Assembly: GCA_028820995.1 (NCBI GenBank)
Contig: JAPPHR010000111.1
Coordinates: 1-42,470 of the forward strand
Length of the DNA: 42,470 bases
Direction: 5' to 3'
Source: Rhodospirillales bacterium
Lineage (GTDB): Bacteria > Pseudomonadota > Alphaproteobacteria > UBA828
Shown here: in pieces, positions 24,305 to 34,280 of the stretch
Numbering within the stretch: position 1 is the stretch's first letter
Layout: each line of letters starts with the position of its first letter
Program-made: the position numbers and the translations under genes
The notes under the pieces: model-generated
Database searches by the model: none
The model's input: the letters and a program-made list of their open reading frames with translations, nothing else
Told to the model about the DNA's origin: nothing

Positions 24305-25789
24305 ATGTCCCTCCGCCTGAGTCGGCGTGACTTGCTCCGGTTGGCCGCGGTTTCCCCCTCGGCTTTCGCCGCATTCTTGCGCGATCTCTCCGCGGCGGGC
24401 AAAGGCCTCACGCCAGCTTCCGAGCCGAAAACCGTGATCGTGATCGGCGCGGGACTGGCCGGGCTCTCGGCCGGCTACGAGCTCGCGCAGGCCGGTCACC
24501 GCGTGACGATCCTTGAGGCACGGCAACGGGCAGGCGGACGCGTCCTTACGCTGCGCGAGCCGTTTTCCGACGGGCTATACGTTGACGCCGGTGCCAGTCA
24601 GATTCTCACAAACCACCACCTGACCCTCGAATACGTGCGCCGCTTCGGTCTCGAACTCGTGAGGGCAATGCCGAGTGATCAGGTCTCGATCCGGTGGATT
24701 CAAGGGCGGCGTTTGCCGGTCGAACCGGGGAGGGCATTTGACTGGCCCTACGATCTGACTCCGGAGGAAAGACGGCTGGGGCCGGAAGGACTGATGGAGA
24801 AATACGTCCTCCGGATACCCAGGCACCAGGACCAGCCAATCACGGTGTCTCCGGACTGGATTCCGCCCGAACTGCAGAAGCACGACCGAGTCAGCTTCGC
24901 AGAGTTCCTGAAGCGGCAGGGAGCATCGCCTGGGGTGGTACGACTGTTGGGATTCGGCTACTACGACCTTTGGGGTGAGGGCACCGATCGAATCTCCGCC
25001 CTGATGCTGCTGCGGGAGATTCGACATCAGTTTTCGCATGATCCGCCGTATGCCATCCGCGGCGGGAACGATCAGTTGCCGAAGAGTTTCGCCAGGGAAC
25101 TGACTGAGAGGATCCGTTATGGAGCGCCTGTTGTTCGTATCGAGCAGGACGAGCACGGTGTCCGCGCCACTTTCGAGCAGGGCGGACTGCGCCACACGAT
25201 CGGGGGCGATTACATCGTTTGCGGAATCCCGTTCAGCGTTCTGAAGGACGTGACGATGTCTCCGCCGTTTCCAGCGGCAAAGCAGCGAGTGATCGACCAG
25301 TTGCCCTACATGTCTATCTCCCGCGTCTATTTGCAATGCCGGAGGCGCTATTGGGCGGATCAAGGTTTTTCCGGCGACGCAGCCATGGACGACCCCCCAA
25401 CGATCATCTCGGACGAGACACGGGGTCAGGAGGGGCCGCGCGGCATCCTGCACTCCTTCATGGCCAGGGATCAGGCGCGCCGGGTCGCTGCCATGGCAGA
25501 GCGTGAGCGCATCGAGTACGCGGTGAATCAGGTTGAAAAAATATACCCGGGCGTGCGCGAACACCTCGAGGGGGGCGTTTCGAAGTGCTGGGACGACGAT
25601 CCCTGGGCCCGGGGTGCCGCCGCCTGGTTCCGGCCCGGACAGATGATCGATTTTCTCCCGGATATCGGCCGGCCGGTGGGACGGATCCACTTTGCCGGCG
25701 AGCACATCTCTCCGTGGCCCGGGTGGATGCAAGGGGCTCTACAATCGGGTCTGCGCGTGGCCCGCGAGGTGCACGAGGCTGACGTATGA
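24305..25789 (+). CDS. Flavin-containing amine oxidase with twin-arginine (Tat) signal
   Basis: 494 aa. Tat signal MSLRLSRRDLLRLAAVSPSAFA. FAD fold VIVIGAGLAGLSAGYELAQAGHRVTILEARQRAGGRV. C-terminal motif IHFAGEHIS. A TTG at 24302 is an alternative start. Confidence 0.88.
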   Translation: MSLRLSRRDLLRLAAVSPSAFAAFLRDLSAAGKGLTPASEPKTVIVIGAGLAGLSAGYELAQAGHRVTILEARQRAGGRVLTLREPFSDGLYVDAGASQILTNHHLTLEYVRRFGLELVRAMPSDQVSIRWIQGRRLPVEPGRAFDWPYDLTPEERRLGPEGLMEKYVLRIPRHQDQPITVSPDWIPPELQKHDRVSFAEFLKRQGASPGVVRLLGFGYYDLWGEGTDRISALMLLREIRHQFSHDPPYAIRGGNDQLPKSFARELTERIRYGAPVVRIEQDEHGVRATFEQGGLRHTIGGDYIVCGIPFSVLKDVTMSPPFPAAKQRVIDQLPYMSISRVYLQCRRRYWADQGFSGDAAMDDPPTIISDETRGQEGPRGILHSFMARDQARRVAAMAERERIEYAVNQVEKIYPGVREHLEGGVSKCWDDDPWARGAAAWFRPGQMIDFLPDIGRPVGRIHFAGEHISPWPGWMQGALQSGLRVAREVHEADV

Positions 25790-25810
25790 TGACGCGCAGG
25801 AGCGCTGGAT

Positions 25811-26584
25811 GTGACCGTGACTGAGTCAAGATTCGTCGCCGTCGAGGTGGAAGACGTGGATGTGGCGCAGGCGGATCGGTATGAGCGAGCGATCGAGACG
25901 CTGATTCGGTCCATGCGCGAGGCGAATCTGGGATCGGAATTCCAGTGGAACGCCAGTCAGCACGACTTTTCCTATTACTACTCGTTTCCGCTGACCTCGC
26001 TTCAGGACCTGGATCCGGATACGGGTGTGATCCAGCAGCGATTCCGACGCCTCTCGGCGTCGATCGATCCCGATGCGGCCGATGCGTTTTCGATGGTGAC
26101 CGCCCGGGCGGTGCAAGCGACGCGATTGTTCATACTGGAGCGCGTGGCGGAGTTTACTCACGAGGCGCCAAACTCCGTCGTCGAGGCGGCGAAGCATGCC
26201 TTCCTGGACATCCACTACGTGCGCACGGGGCAGGCGGAGCCGTACAAGAAGGCCACGCGTCGCCTGATGGCGGCCGCACGGAAATCGGACTACCCCCTCG
26301 GATGGTCCGCGTATCGCATGGTAATTGGAGAGGGTGCGACTTTTTACGGCGAAGGGAAAGTCTATTGCTACGTGGTGCCGTTCGACAGTCCGTCGCAATT
26401 CTACGAGCAGCACTCGTTTCAAGGCGCTATGGTCCAGGAGTTGGGTGAAGAGAGCGCCAGGGAGTTGCTAATGGATGAACGCCGATGTCTGGTGAAGCTG
26501 GAGACATCGGAGCATAGACTGCGGCCCGAGCTGAGTTATACGCCGGAGCCGGCTCAATCGGAGATCGGGGTGAAGCGTTCGTGA
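25811..26584 (+). CDS. Uncharacterised alpha+beta protein with internal duplication (copy 2, no signal peptide)
   Basis: 257 aa, paralog of 12272..13090. It starts at GTG directly with the first beta-strand region (RFVAVEVEDVDVAQADRYERAI). Its stop overlaps the GTG start of the downstream MFS gene. Confidence 0.8.
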   Translation: MTVTESRFVAVEVEDVDVAQADRYERAIETLIRSMREANLGSEFQWNASQHDFSYYYSFPLTSLQDLDPDTGVIQQRFRRLSASIDPDAADAFSMVTARAVQATRLFILERVAEFTHEAPNSVVEAAKHAFLDIHYVRTGQAEPYKKATRRLMAAARKSDYPLGWSAYRMVIGEGATFYGEGKVYCYVVPFDSPSQFYEQHSFQGAMVQELGEESARELLMDERRCLVKLETSEHRLRPELSYTPEPAQSEIGVKRS

Positions 26585-27870
26585 TCGCGAACAAGCTTGA
26601 GAGCCGAGGCGGTATCTTCCACGGCTGGTGGATCGTGGCCGTGTCCGCAATCGGCATGTTGTTTTGCTACATCTCCTCGATCGGCTTCACCTTCGGCGTG
26701 TTCACCAACCCGATCATCGAGGAGTTCGGCTGGAGTCTGACCGAAGTCTCTCTGGCGTTTTCCTTGTCGCTGATCGCGATGTGCGTGGCCATGCCTGTAG
26801 TCGGCCCTCTGGTCGATCGCTATGGCGCCAAGACGGTCATCGTGCCGTCGATTCTTGTGCTGGGTCTTTCGCTGGCCTCCTTGTCTTTTCTCCCGGATAG
26901 CCTTCTGTACTTCTATGGCGTGTACATCGTGGCGGGGATTGCCGGAGGTGGCTCGTCCACGATGCCCTATTCCAAGGTGGTCTCGCACTGGTTCGACAGG
27001 CAACGCGGGCTGGCGCTGGCTCTCGCCGCCATGGGAGCCGGGTTAGGATCTCTCATCATGCCGCCCTTCGCCCAAGCGTTGATCAACGGTCTGGGCTGGC
27101 GGAACGCCTATTTGGTCATCGGAGCGACAGTCGTGGTCGTCACGATTCCGGTCGTTGTCTTGTGGCTCAAGGAAAGGCCGGAAGACATGGACTTGAGGAT
27201 GGACGGTAAGTCCACGAGCGAGGAGCGGGAAATCGCCCTGGGAACCGTCGGCACATCCGCGACAGCCTCGGGGTTGACAGGTCCCGAAGCCCTGGGGACG
27301 GGCGTCTTCTGGCTGCTGAGTGCGGGCTACTTTCTTGTCTCCTCGAGCGTGATGGCCGCCTTGATTCATCTCGCACCGTTGTTGACAGACCGCGGTTTTT
27401 CGCCGGAGATGGCGGCATTGGTAGTGGCCGTGCTGGGTGGATCGTCACTGATCGGTGGGGTATCCTCAGGTTACCTTTTGGATCGATTTTTCGCAGCCGT
27501 CGTGGTGACGGGATTTTTCTTGAGCGCTGCGATCGGGCTTCTTTTGCTTTGGGGGCTCGAAGCGGGCGGCGTACCCTTCGTTGCCGCGGTTCTCATCGGT
27601 TTGAGCATGGGAGCCACGGGGGAAATCATCCCCTACCTGACCGGGCGCTATTTCGGCCTCCGCGCCTTCGGACAGATATACGGCTACGGGTTGATCAGCT
27701 TTACGTTGGGCGGAGTAGTTGGCCCACCCCTGATGGGAATGGCGTTTGATTCCACGCAGTCCTACTCTGTGGGTCTGCTCGCTTTCGGAATCGCGTCGCT
27801 CGTCGCTGCGGCCATGGTCGTACGGCTTAGTCCGTACCGAACCTGGTCTGAGGAAGCGCCTCCCGCTTGA
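26581..27870 (+). CDS. MFS transporter, oxalate/formate-antiporter-like (copy 2)
   Basis: 429 aa. IFHGWWIVAVSAIGMLFCYISSIGFTFGVFTNPIIEEFGWS and the remainder align with 13151..14425. There is a 4-nt start/stop overlap with 25811..26584. Confidence 0.85.
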   Translation: MIANKLESRGGIFHGWWIVAVSAIGMLFCYISSIGFTFGVFTNPIIEEFGWSLTEVSLAFSLSLIAMCVAMPVVGPLVDRYGAKTVIVPSILVLGLSLASLSFLPDSLLYFYGVYIVAGIAGGGSSTMPYSKVVSHWFDRQRGLALALAAMGAGLGSLIMPPFAQALINGLGWRNAYLVIGATVVVVTIPVVVLWLKERPEDMDLRMDGKSTSEEREIALGTVGTSATASGLTGPEALGTGVFWLLSAGYFLVSSSVMAALIHLAPLLTDRGFSPEMAALVVAVLGGSSLIGGVSSGYLLDRFFAAVVVTGFFLSAAIGLLLLWGLEAGGVPFVAAVLIGLSMGATGEIIPYLTGRYFGLRAFGQIYGYGLISFTLGGVVGPPLMGMAFDSTQSYSVGLLAFGIASLVAAAMVVRLSPYRTWSEEAPPA

Positions 27871-27940
27871 CAGGAAGCGAGCCCACACGCCGACTTCTGA
27901 CGCCTGCAATCGTTCCGCCCGGCGGTGACGACGAGAACAT

Positions 27941-28354
27941 ATGATGAAAGCCTCTGCATCCGCGAAGATACGCGCCCGGCTGCACCATCCGGTCATCGAC
28001 GCCGACGGACACATGATCGAGTTCGAGGGTGGCATCCTGGATTCGCTGCATGGGGTCGGCGGGGATGGTCTGGTGAAACGGTTCAATTCCTGGACTTCCG
28101 GGACCCTGTTTCGGTGGAACCGCATGTCGCCCGAACAGCGCTGGGAGCACAGAGTGGCTCGCAACGTATGGTGGGGCGTCCCGACCCGGAATACCTTGGA
28201 CCGCGCCACCGCGACCTTGCCCCGCCTTCTGTATCAAGGGCTGGATGATATGGGTCTGGACCTCGTGATGCTGTATCCGACACTGGGTCTGCCGCTGGCC
28301 GACATCGAGGACGAGGAGCTTCGCGAGGCGCAGAAGCTACTGAGCGGATCGTAG
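27941..28354 (+). pseudogene. Truncated Amidohydro_2 paralog (N-terminal 130 codons or so only)
   Basis: HPVIDADGHMIEFEGGILDSL...WWGVPTRNTLDRATATLPRLLYQGLDDMGLDLVMLYPTLGLPLADIEDEELR parallels residues 18-130 of the 484-aa gene at 22457. It then ends after 9 unrelated codons. Only 52 nt remain before the next gene. Confidence 0.75.
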
Positions 28355-28406
28355 CACGCTTGTCGGAAACCGCTCTTGGCGCGAACTTGCTTCTTGGGGG
28401 CTTGAA

Positions 28407-29543
28407 GTGAAGATAACCGATGTGAAGTTCCTGAGTATCGAGATCCCGCTGGACAAGCCGATCCGCCCGGCCTGGGAGCCATCAGCTTCCTACGATTCAT
28501 TTCCGCTTGCGCTGATCCGAATCTACACGGACGAAGGCATCGTCGGCAATGCGGTCGAGCTGACGCCGGAACACGTGATGGGCATCGCCCGTTCAAGGCT
28601 GTCCCATCTCAAGTCCATGCTGATCGGCACTGACCCGTTCGGGGTTGAGCAGATCATGAACAAGCTGCGCTATGCAGCCTTTGTGGGTCCAAAGCCCTGG
28701 GCCATAGAGATCGCGCTTTGGGACATCATCGGCAAGGCCTGCGGCCAACCTGTGTACAGGCTGCTCGGCGGAGCCCAAAATCGCGTGAAGGCATATCTTT
28801 CGACATTGCAGGTCAAGTCCGCGGAGGAGCACGCGTCCGATGCGCTGATGTATTTCGAGCAGGGGTTCCGTGCAGTCAAGTTGCGGGCCCATCGGTCCGA
28901 ACCCAGCCAGGACCTGGAAGTGGTTGCCGCGGTCCGGGATGCGGTGGGCCCCGAGATGGACATCATGGTCGACGCCAACCAGGCTTGGCCAGTGGAACCT
29001 CCATACTGGTCTTTTCACACTGCGCTGTGGATGGCGAAGGAGTTATCGGCTCTCGGCGTGGTGTGGCTGGAGGAACCGCTTCCGAAGGACGATCTCCGCG
29101 GCCTGGCCCGGCTCGCCGAGCAGGCTGACATTCCGATTGCGGGCGGAGAGCTCGAGTGGGGGATTCACCGGTTCCGGCAAATGATGGAGGCACACGCCTA
29201 CGACATCGTGCAACCCGACCCACATTGGTGCGGCGGCATCCTGGAAGCTCGGAAAATATCGATATTGGCGGAAGCCATGAACAAGCAATGCGTCCTGCAC
29301 ACGGGAGGCATCGGCGGCTTGTGGTTGGCTGCCAATCTGCAGGTCGCAGGATCGATCCCCGACTGTAGGTACTTCGAGTATATTCTGGAGCCGCCTGTCT
29401 GGACTCTGGAGATGCGGGACATCCTGCTGGCCGAGCCCATTATGATCGATGATGAGGGATATCTGCCGATTCCACAAGGGCCGGGTCTGGGTGTCGACCT
29501 CGATGAAGAGGCGGTTGCAAAGTGCACGGTGTGCAAAGCTTGA
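28407..29543 (+). CDS. Enolase-superfamily enzyme (mandelate racemase / muconate lactonising enzyme family)
   Basis: 378 aa. IEIALWDIIGKACGQPVYRLLGG, metal ligands in VDANQAW, LEEPL and IAGGE, and HTGG. The start is GTG. Confidence 0.85.
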   Translation: MKITDVKFLSIEIPLDKPIRPAWEPSASYDSFPLALIRIYTDEGIVGNAVELTPEHVMGIARSRLSHLKSMLIGTDPFGVEQIMNKLRYAAFVGPKPWAIEIALWDIIGKACGQPVYRLLGGAQNRVKAYLSTLQVKSAEEHASDALMYFEQGFRAVKLRAHRSEPSQDLEVVAAVRDAVGPEMDIMVDANQAWPVEPPYWSFHTALWMAKELSALGVVWLEEPLPKDDLRGLARLAEQADIPIAGGELEWGIHRFRQMMEAHAYDIVQPDPHWCGGILEARKISILAEAMNKQCVLHTGGIGGLWLAANLQVAGSIPDCRYFEYILEPPVWTLEMRDILLAEPIMIDDEGYLPIPQGPGLGVDLDEEAVAKCTVCKA

Positions 29544-29594
29544 AGCCTGGGCGGCGCGCACGGCATAGCACGATTTTGACGTGAAGGGTTGTCG

Positions 29595-31151
29595 ATGAAC
29601 ATCGGACAATTTCTGGCTCAAGCGGCCGAACGCCATCCCGATCAGCCCGCGCTGGTTCGCGGAGACCGGAAAGCGAGCTATGCAGAGACGAACGCGAGGG
29701 TGAACGCATTGGCCGCGGGCCTTAAGACTCTGGGTGTGGCGTCGGGCGACCGGGTGGGCATCATCATGCACAACAGCCCGCAATTGATCGAGAGCTTTTT
29801 CGCGATATGGAAGGCCGGCGCCTGCGCCGTTCCACTGAACGCTCGCTTCCGGGCGGGAGAGGTGAACTATCATCTGGACGACTCGGAAGCGTCCGCGATC
29901 GTTTTCGGTGAGGAGTTCCGCGCAATGATGGCCAACCTCGCGGATCAACTGCGAACAACCCGTTGTTTCGTTTGCACCGGGAATCCCGGCCAGGGACAGG
30001 TGTCCTACGAGGATCTGATCGAGAGTCACGCCAGCGGCCGCGAGGTCTGTGTCGACACCAGCGACGACGATCTGGCGTGGTTGTTTTATACATCCGGCAC
30101 CACGGGAAAGCCCAAGGGCGCCATGCTAACGCACGCAAATCTGGCTTTCATGGCGGTTAACTGGGTGGCGGACCTCACGCCGCTCGAACCGGAAGACGTG
30201 GGTTTGCACGCCGCGCCGCTGACACATGGAGCGGGCTTTCATTCCATCGCGTTGACGCTCAAGGGCGCGCAACAGGTATTGCTCGATCCGCCTCGCTTCG
30301 ATGCGGAGAATCTGTGCGCCGCCGTCGAGAAGTATCGCGTCACCAACACCTGGCTGGTGCCAACCCAGATCAAGATATTGCTCAACTACGCGGGCTTGGA
30401 AAAGTGGGATCTGTCGAGCCTCAAGTGGGTGGTCTACGGGGGCTCCCCGATGTATGTCGAGGATTTGAAGGCGGCCATACGCCGGATCGGACCCGTATTC
30501 GTGCAGCTCTATGGCCAGGGTGAGACGCCCATGACCGGAACGTACTTTCGAGCGCAGGAGCATCGACTCGAGGGCCCCGAATCGAGGCGGCTCGCCTCCT
30601 GTGGGCATGTCCGGTCCGGAATCGAGTTGCGCATACTCGATGAAAACGATGAGGAGGTTTGCCGAGGCGCGGTCGGAGAAATCTGCGTTCGCGGCCCATC
30701 CGTCATGAAGGGGTATTGGCGACGGCCGGATGCGACCGCAGCATCGCTGCGCGGGGGCTGGCTGCACACCGGCGACGTGGCTCGCATGGACGAAGATGGT
30801 TACGTCTACATCATGGACCGAACCACGGACATGATCATTTCAGGTGGCGCCAACGTCTTTCCGCGTGAGGTTGAAGAGGTGCTGCTCGATCACCCGGCAG
30901 TCTCGGAGGCCTGTGTGTTCGGGGTTCCGGACGAGTTGTGGGGGGAAGCGGTCAAAGCGGTCATCGTTCTCGACAACGGCGCCCTTGCGACCGAGGAAGA
31001 GATCATCGGATTCGTGGGTGAACGCATCGCCGGCTACAAGAAGCCGAAGTCCGTGGATTTCACGGATGCGTTGCCCAAGAGCGCGTACGGGAAGATTCTA
31101 AAGCGGGAACTGCGCGACAAGTACCGGACCGAAGCGCAGGGAACGGCATGA
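29595..31151 (+). CDS. Acyl-CoA synthetase / AMP-dependent ligase (1)
   Basis: 518 aa. AMP-binding motifs YTSGTTGKPKGAML, YGQGETP, GWLHTGDVARMDEDGYVYIMDR and PKSAYGKILKR. Confidence 0.9.
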   Translation: MNIGQFLAQAAERHPDQPALVRGDRKASYAETNARVNALAAGLKTLGVASGDRVGIIMHNSPQLIESFFAIWKAGACAVPLNARFRAGEVNYHLDDSEASAIVFGEEFRAMMANLADQLRTTRCFVCTGNPGQGQVSYEDLIESHASGREVCVDTSDDDLAWLFYTSGTTGKPKGAMLTHANLAFMAVNWVADLTPLEPEDVGLHAAPLTHGAGFHSIALTLKGAQQVLLDPPRFDAENLCAAVEKYRVTNTWLVPTQIKILLNYAGLEKWDLSSLKWVVYGGSPMYVEDLKAAIRRIGPVFVQLYGQGETPMTGTYFRAQEHRLEGPESRRLASCGHVRSGIELRILDENDEEVCRGAVGEICVRGPSVMKGYWRRPDATAASLRGGWLHTGDVARMDEDGYVYIMDRTTDMIISGGANVFPREVEEVLLDHPAVSEACVFGVPDELWGEAVKAVIVLDNGALATEEEIIGFVGERIAGYKKPKSVDFTDALPKSAYGKILKRELRDKYRTEAQGTA

Positions 31152-31211
31152 TGCATCGGCAAAGAGGCGGAGCGTGACGATAGACTTCACACCGTCGTCA
31201 ATCTCTGGGGG

Positions 31212-32738
31212 ATGAAGATGCTCGAAAACCTGGGTCAAGTGCTGCCCTCCGCGGCTCGGAAGTACGGTGACAAAACGGGTTTGATCATCGAAGGCCGCGA
31301 GTTCAGCTTCAACCAGTTGTGTGAAATGTCGGGCCGAGTGGCCAACGGACTGCGCGGCCTGGGCGTGGTGCCCGGCGATCGGGTCACGCTCTGTTCACAG
31401 AACAGCTGGGAATGGATCGTGAGCTACTACGCGATCGCCAGGGTCGGCGCTGTCATCAATCCGATCAACGTGATGCTGACGGCCGAAGAGGTGTCGTTCG
31501 TGGTCAAGGACTGCGGCGCCAAAGTGCTGATCTCATCCCAGGACAAAGGCAGTGCACTGCTGGGGATCAAGGCAGTCTCGCCCCTGCAGGAAGTTATTTT
31601 TTTTGGCGACGAAGTTCCCTCGGGGGTGCGGTCGTTCGAAGGGCTGCTGAAGGACAATCCGCCGGAGTTCGAAGACGTCGAGATTGGGGCCGAAGCGCTG
31701 TCGACGATCGGATACACATCAGGCACGACCGGTCAACCCAAGGGCGCTATGCTGACTCACCGGGCCGTTCTGCTCAATTCGAGCATGACGGCGAACGTTC
31801 ACGTTCGGACCTCGAGTGACACGGCCGTGACCGGGTTGCCTTGCGCCCATGTCTACGGGAACGTCGTCATGAATGGGGCGTTTCTATTCGGGATGACGCT
31901 GGTGTTGCTCAAGCGGTTCGAAGAGCAGGCGGCGCTTCAGGCAATCCAGCAATACCGGGCGACGATGCTGGAAGGCGTGCCGACCATGTACATGTACCTG
32001 CTCAACTATCCCGATCTCGAACGCTACGATCTCTCGTCCCTGACCCGTTGCACGGTCGGGGGGCAAACCATGCCGGTAACGAAGATGCAGGAAGTGGAAC
32101 AACGATTCGGGTGTCCGCTGATCGAACTGTGGGGAATGACCGAGATCGCGGGTTTGGGAACGACGCATCCCGCATACGGCCCGAACCGCAGCGGGTCGAT
32201 CGGAATCGCGATCCCGTACGTCGAGTGCCGGATTGCCGACACGGAAGATCCCGGCAAGACGATGGCCAGCGACGAAATCGGAGAGCTGATGGTGCGGGGG
32301 CCGATCGTCATGCAGGGTTACTACGGGGACGAAAAGGCCACGCGCGAGACGATCGAGCCGGATGGGTGGCTGCACACAGGCGATATGGCTCGCATGGACT
32401 CCGACGGATATATCTACGTCGTCGACCGGAAGAAGGACATGATCATCACAGCGGGCTACAATATCTATCCGGCAGAACTGGAACGTGTCGTGGCCTCGCA
32501 TCCCTCAGTGGCGCTGGTGGCGGTCGGAAGCCAGCCCCACGAGGTGAAGGGCGAAGTGGCGAAAGCCTACATCGTGCTCAGGCAAGGCGCGCAACCGGAC
32601 GAAGAGTCGATCATGGCGCACTGCCGCAAACATCTTGCCGCCTACAAGGTTCCTCGCGCCCTACAGTTCGTACCGGACCTACCGAAGACCAGCACGGGGA
32701 AGATCATGCGCCGGAAGCTCCGTACGATGGACGCTTGA
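31212..32738 (+). CDS. Acyl-CoA synthetase / AMP-dependent ligase (2)
   Basis: 508 aa. Motifs YTSGTTGQPKGAML, WGMTE, GWLHTGDMARMDSDGYIYVVDR and PKTSTGKIMRR. Confidence 0.9.
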   Translation: MKMLENLGQVLPSAARKYGDKTGLIIEGREFSFNQLCEMSGRVANGLRGLGVVPGDRVTLCSQNSWEWIVSYYAIARVGAVINPINVMLTAEEVSFVVKDCGAKVLISSQDKGSALLGIKAVSPLQEVIFFGDEVPSGVRSFEGLLKDNPPEFEDVEIGAEALSTIGYTSGTTGQPKGAMLTHRAVLLNSSMTANVHVRTSSDTAVTGLPCAHVYGNVVMNGAFLFGMTLVLLKRFEEQAALQAIQQYRATMLEGVPTMYMYLLNYPDLERYDLSSLTRCTVGGQTMPVTKMQEVEQRFGCPLIELWGMTEIAGLGTTHPAYGPNRSGSIGIAIPYVECRIADTEDPGKTMASDEIGELMVRGPIVMQGYYGDEKATRETIEPDGWLHTGDMARMDSDGYIYVVDRKKDMIITAGYNIYPAELERVVASHPSVALVAVGSQPHEVKGEVAKAYIVLRQGAQPDEESIMAHCRKHLAAYKVPRALQFVPDLPKTSTGKIMRRKLRTMDA

Positions 32739-32783
32739 TGGGCAACATGAACGAAATCGATTTCACCAAGACAGGAGGATTCA

Positions 32784-33170
32784 ATGCCTGAAAAGTGGTA
32801 TTACAAGGCACGACAGGGAGGGCTTCACCGAAAGCTGGAGGATGGGGTCAGCACGGACATTTTCTTCGGCGAAAATGTCATGATCTCGATTGCCGAAATC
32901 GCACCGCGAACGATCTCAACGTTCCATAGTCATCCCGAAGAACAATGGGGGTACCTTCTCAAAGGCGAATGTATTCGGGTTCAGGGCGACGAGGAAGTTG
33001 CGATGGAGGTGGGTGACTTCTGGCATACGCCCTCCAATACCCCTCACGGAGTGCGCACGGGAGATACCGGAGCCACGATCATGGACATCTTCAGTCCGCC
33101 TCGGGGCGCCTACAAGAAGCCGGGTGAGGGCTTTGGGGCCACCGAGCACGTCAAGGGGAGACGGGTATAG
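32784..33170 (+). CDS. Cupin-domain protein
   Basis: 128 aa. The cupin motifs HSHPEEQWGYLLKGE and GDFWHTPSNTPHGV are present. Confidence 0.75.
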   Translation: MPEKWYYKARQGGLHRKLEDGVSTDIFFGENVMISIAEIAPRTISTFHSHPEEQWGYLLKGECIRVQGDEEVAMEVGDFWHTPSNTPHGVRTGDTGATIMDIFSPPRGAYKKPGEGFGATEHVKGRRV

Positions 33171-33224
33171 CCAGCCGTTACGAAATGCCGGTTTCGGCGA
33201 TGGAACGAGATGCGTAGCGACTCG

Positions 33225-34250
33225 ATGAGGGCTGTCGTCATCACGGGCCCCAACCAGGCCTCACTTCAGGAAGTGGGGCGGATGGTTCCAGTCCCGGGTG
33301 AGGTGCTGGTGCGTTGCCACACGGCTGCCATCTGTACGGCCGAGCGGCGCGTATTTTCCGGACACATGAGGTATTACCCGATGATCGGCGGACACGAGTT
33401 TACCGGTACCGTCGAGCGGGTTGACGGGCTGGAAATAGACCTCGAGCCCGGCGACCGGGTCGCCATCGATGCCTCGACCCGATGCGGTCGGTGCTACTAC
33501 TGTGTCAAGGGGCGCAACAACCAGTGCGTCAAGATGTTCGAGTTTCGCCATGACTACGACTACTACCAGATGGGCGGTGGTTTCGGAGAATATGTGGCGC
33601 TCCGGCCCAGTCAGATGATCAAGCTCGCGGACCATGTCGATCTCGAGGAAGCCAGCGTGCTCGAACCCCTCGCCTGCTGCATCCATAGTCTGAAGAGAGC
33701 TCAGATTCGCTTTGGTGAGATCGTACTGGTCATTGGCGCTGGCACCATGGGCGGGATGCACGTGATACTGGCCAAGCTGGCAGGTGCGAGCGTGATCGTC
33801 AGTGATATCGATCCCGTGCGCCTGGCCCAAGCCGGTCAGCTTGGGGCGGACCGGACGGTGAATCCGGAAACCGAAGATCTCGTCGCGGTCGTGAAGGATC
33901 TCACTGCGGGCAGAGGGGCGGACGGAGTGATCGTGGCGGCGAGCAGCCGCGGCGCGGGAGAGCAGGGTTTGCGATGCGTCGGGCGCACGGGACGTCTGGT
34001 GTTCTACGCCTCGCTGCATCCCTCGGGCATGTTGGATCTGGATTGGAATCGGGTGCATTACGAAGAGATCGTGATCACTGGAACCGAGGGCCACACTGAC
34101 CAGGACTTCCACGAGGCGGTGGCGCTCGTGAGCAATGGATCCGTCAGCGTCCGCCCCCTGATTTCCAGGGTGATCTCGTTGGAGGAACTACCTGCAGAAT
34201 TGGGCTCCAGGCCCGCGGGCGAGACGCAGCGTGTTGTCGTCAGGCTTTGA
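33225..34250 (+). CDS. Zinc-dependent alcohol/polyol dehydrogenase (MDR family)
   Basis: 341 aa from MRAVVITG. Motifs GHEFTGTV, structural-zinc CGRCYYCVKGRNNQC, and Rossmann VIGAGTMGG. The ATG at 33210 is an alternative start. Confidence 0.88.
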   Translation: MRAVVITGPNQASLQEVGRMVPVPGEVLVRCHTAAICTAERRVFSGHMRYYPMIGGHEFTGTVERVDGLEIDLEPGDRVAIDASTRCGRCYYCVKGRNNQCVKMFEFRHDYDYYQMGGGFGEYVALRPSQMIKLADHVDLEEASVLEPLACCIHSLKRAQIRFGEIVLVIGAGTMGGMHVILAKLAGASVIVSDIDPVRLAQAGQLGADRTVNPETEDLVAVVKDLTAGRGADGVIVAASSRGAGEQGLRCVGRTGRLVFYASLHPSGMLDLDWNRVHYEEIVITGTEGHTDQDFHEAVALVSNGSVSVRPLISRVISLEELPAELGSRPAGETQRVVVRL

Positions 34251-34280
34251 ATGTCCTGTCGATGCGGGGAGCCTTGACCG

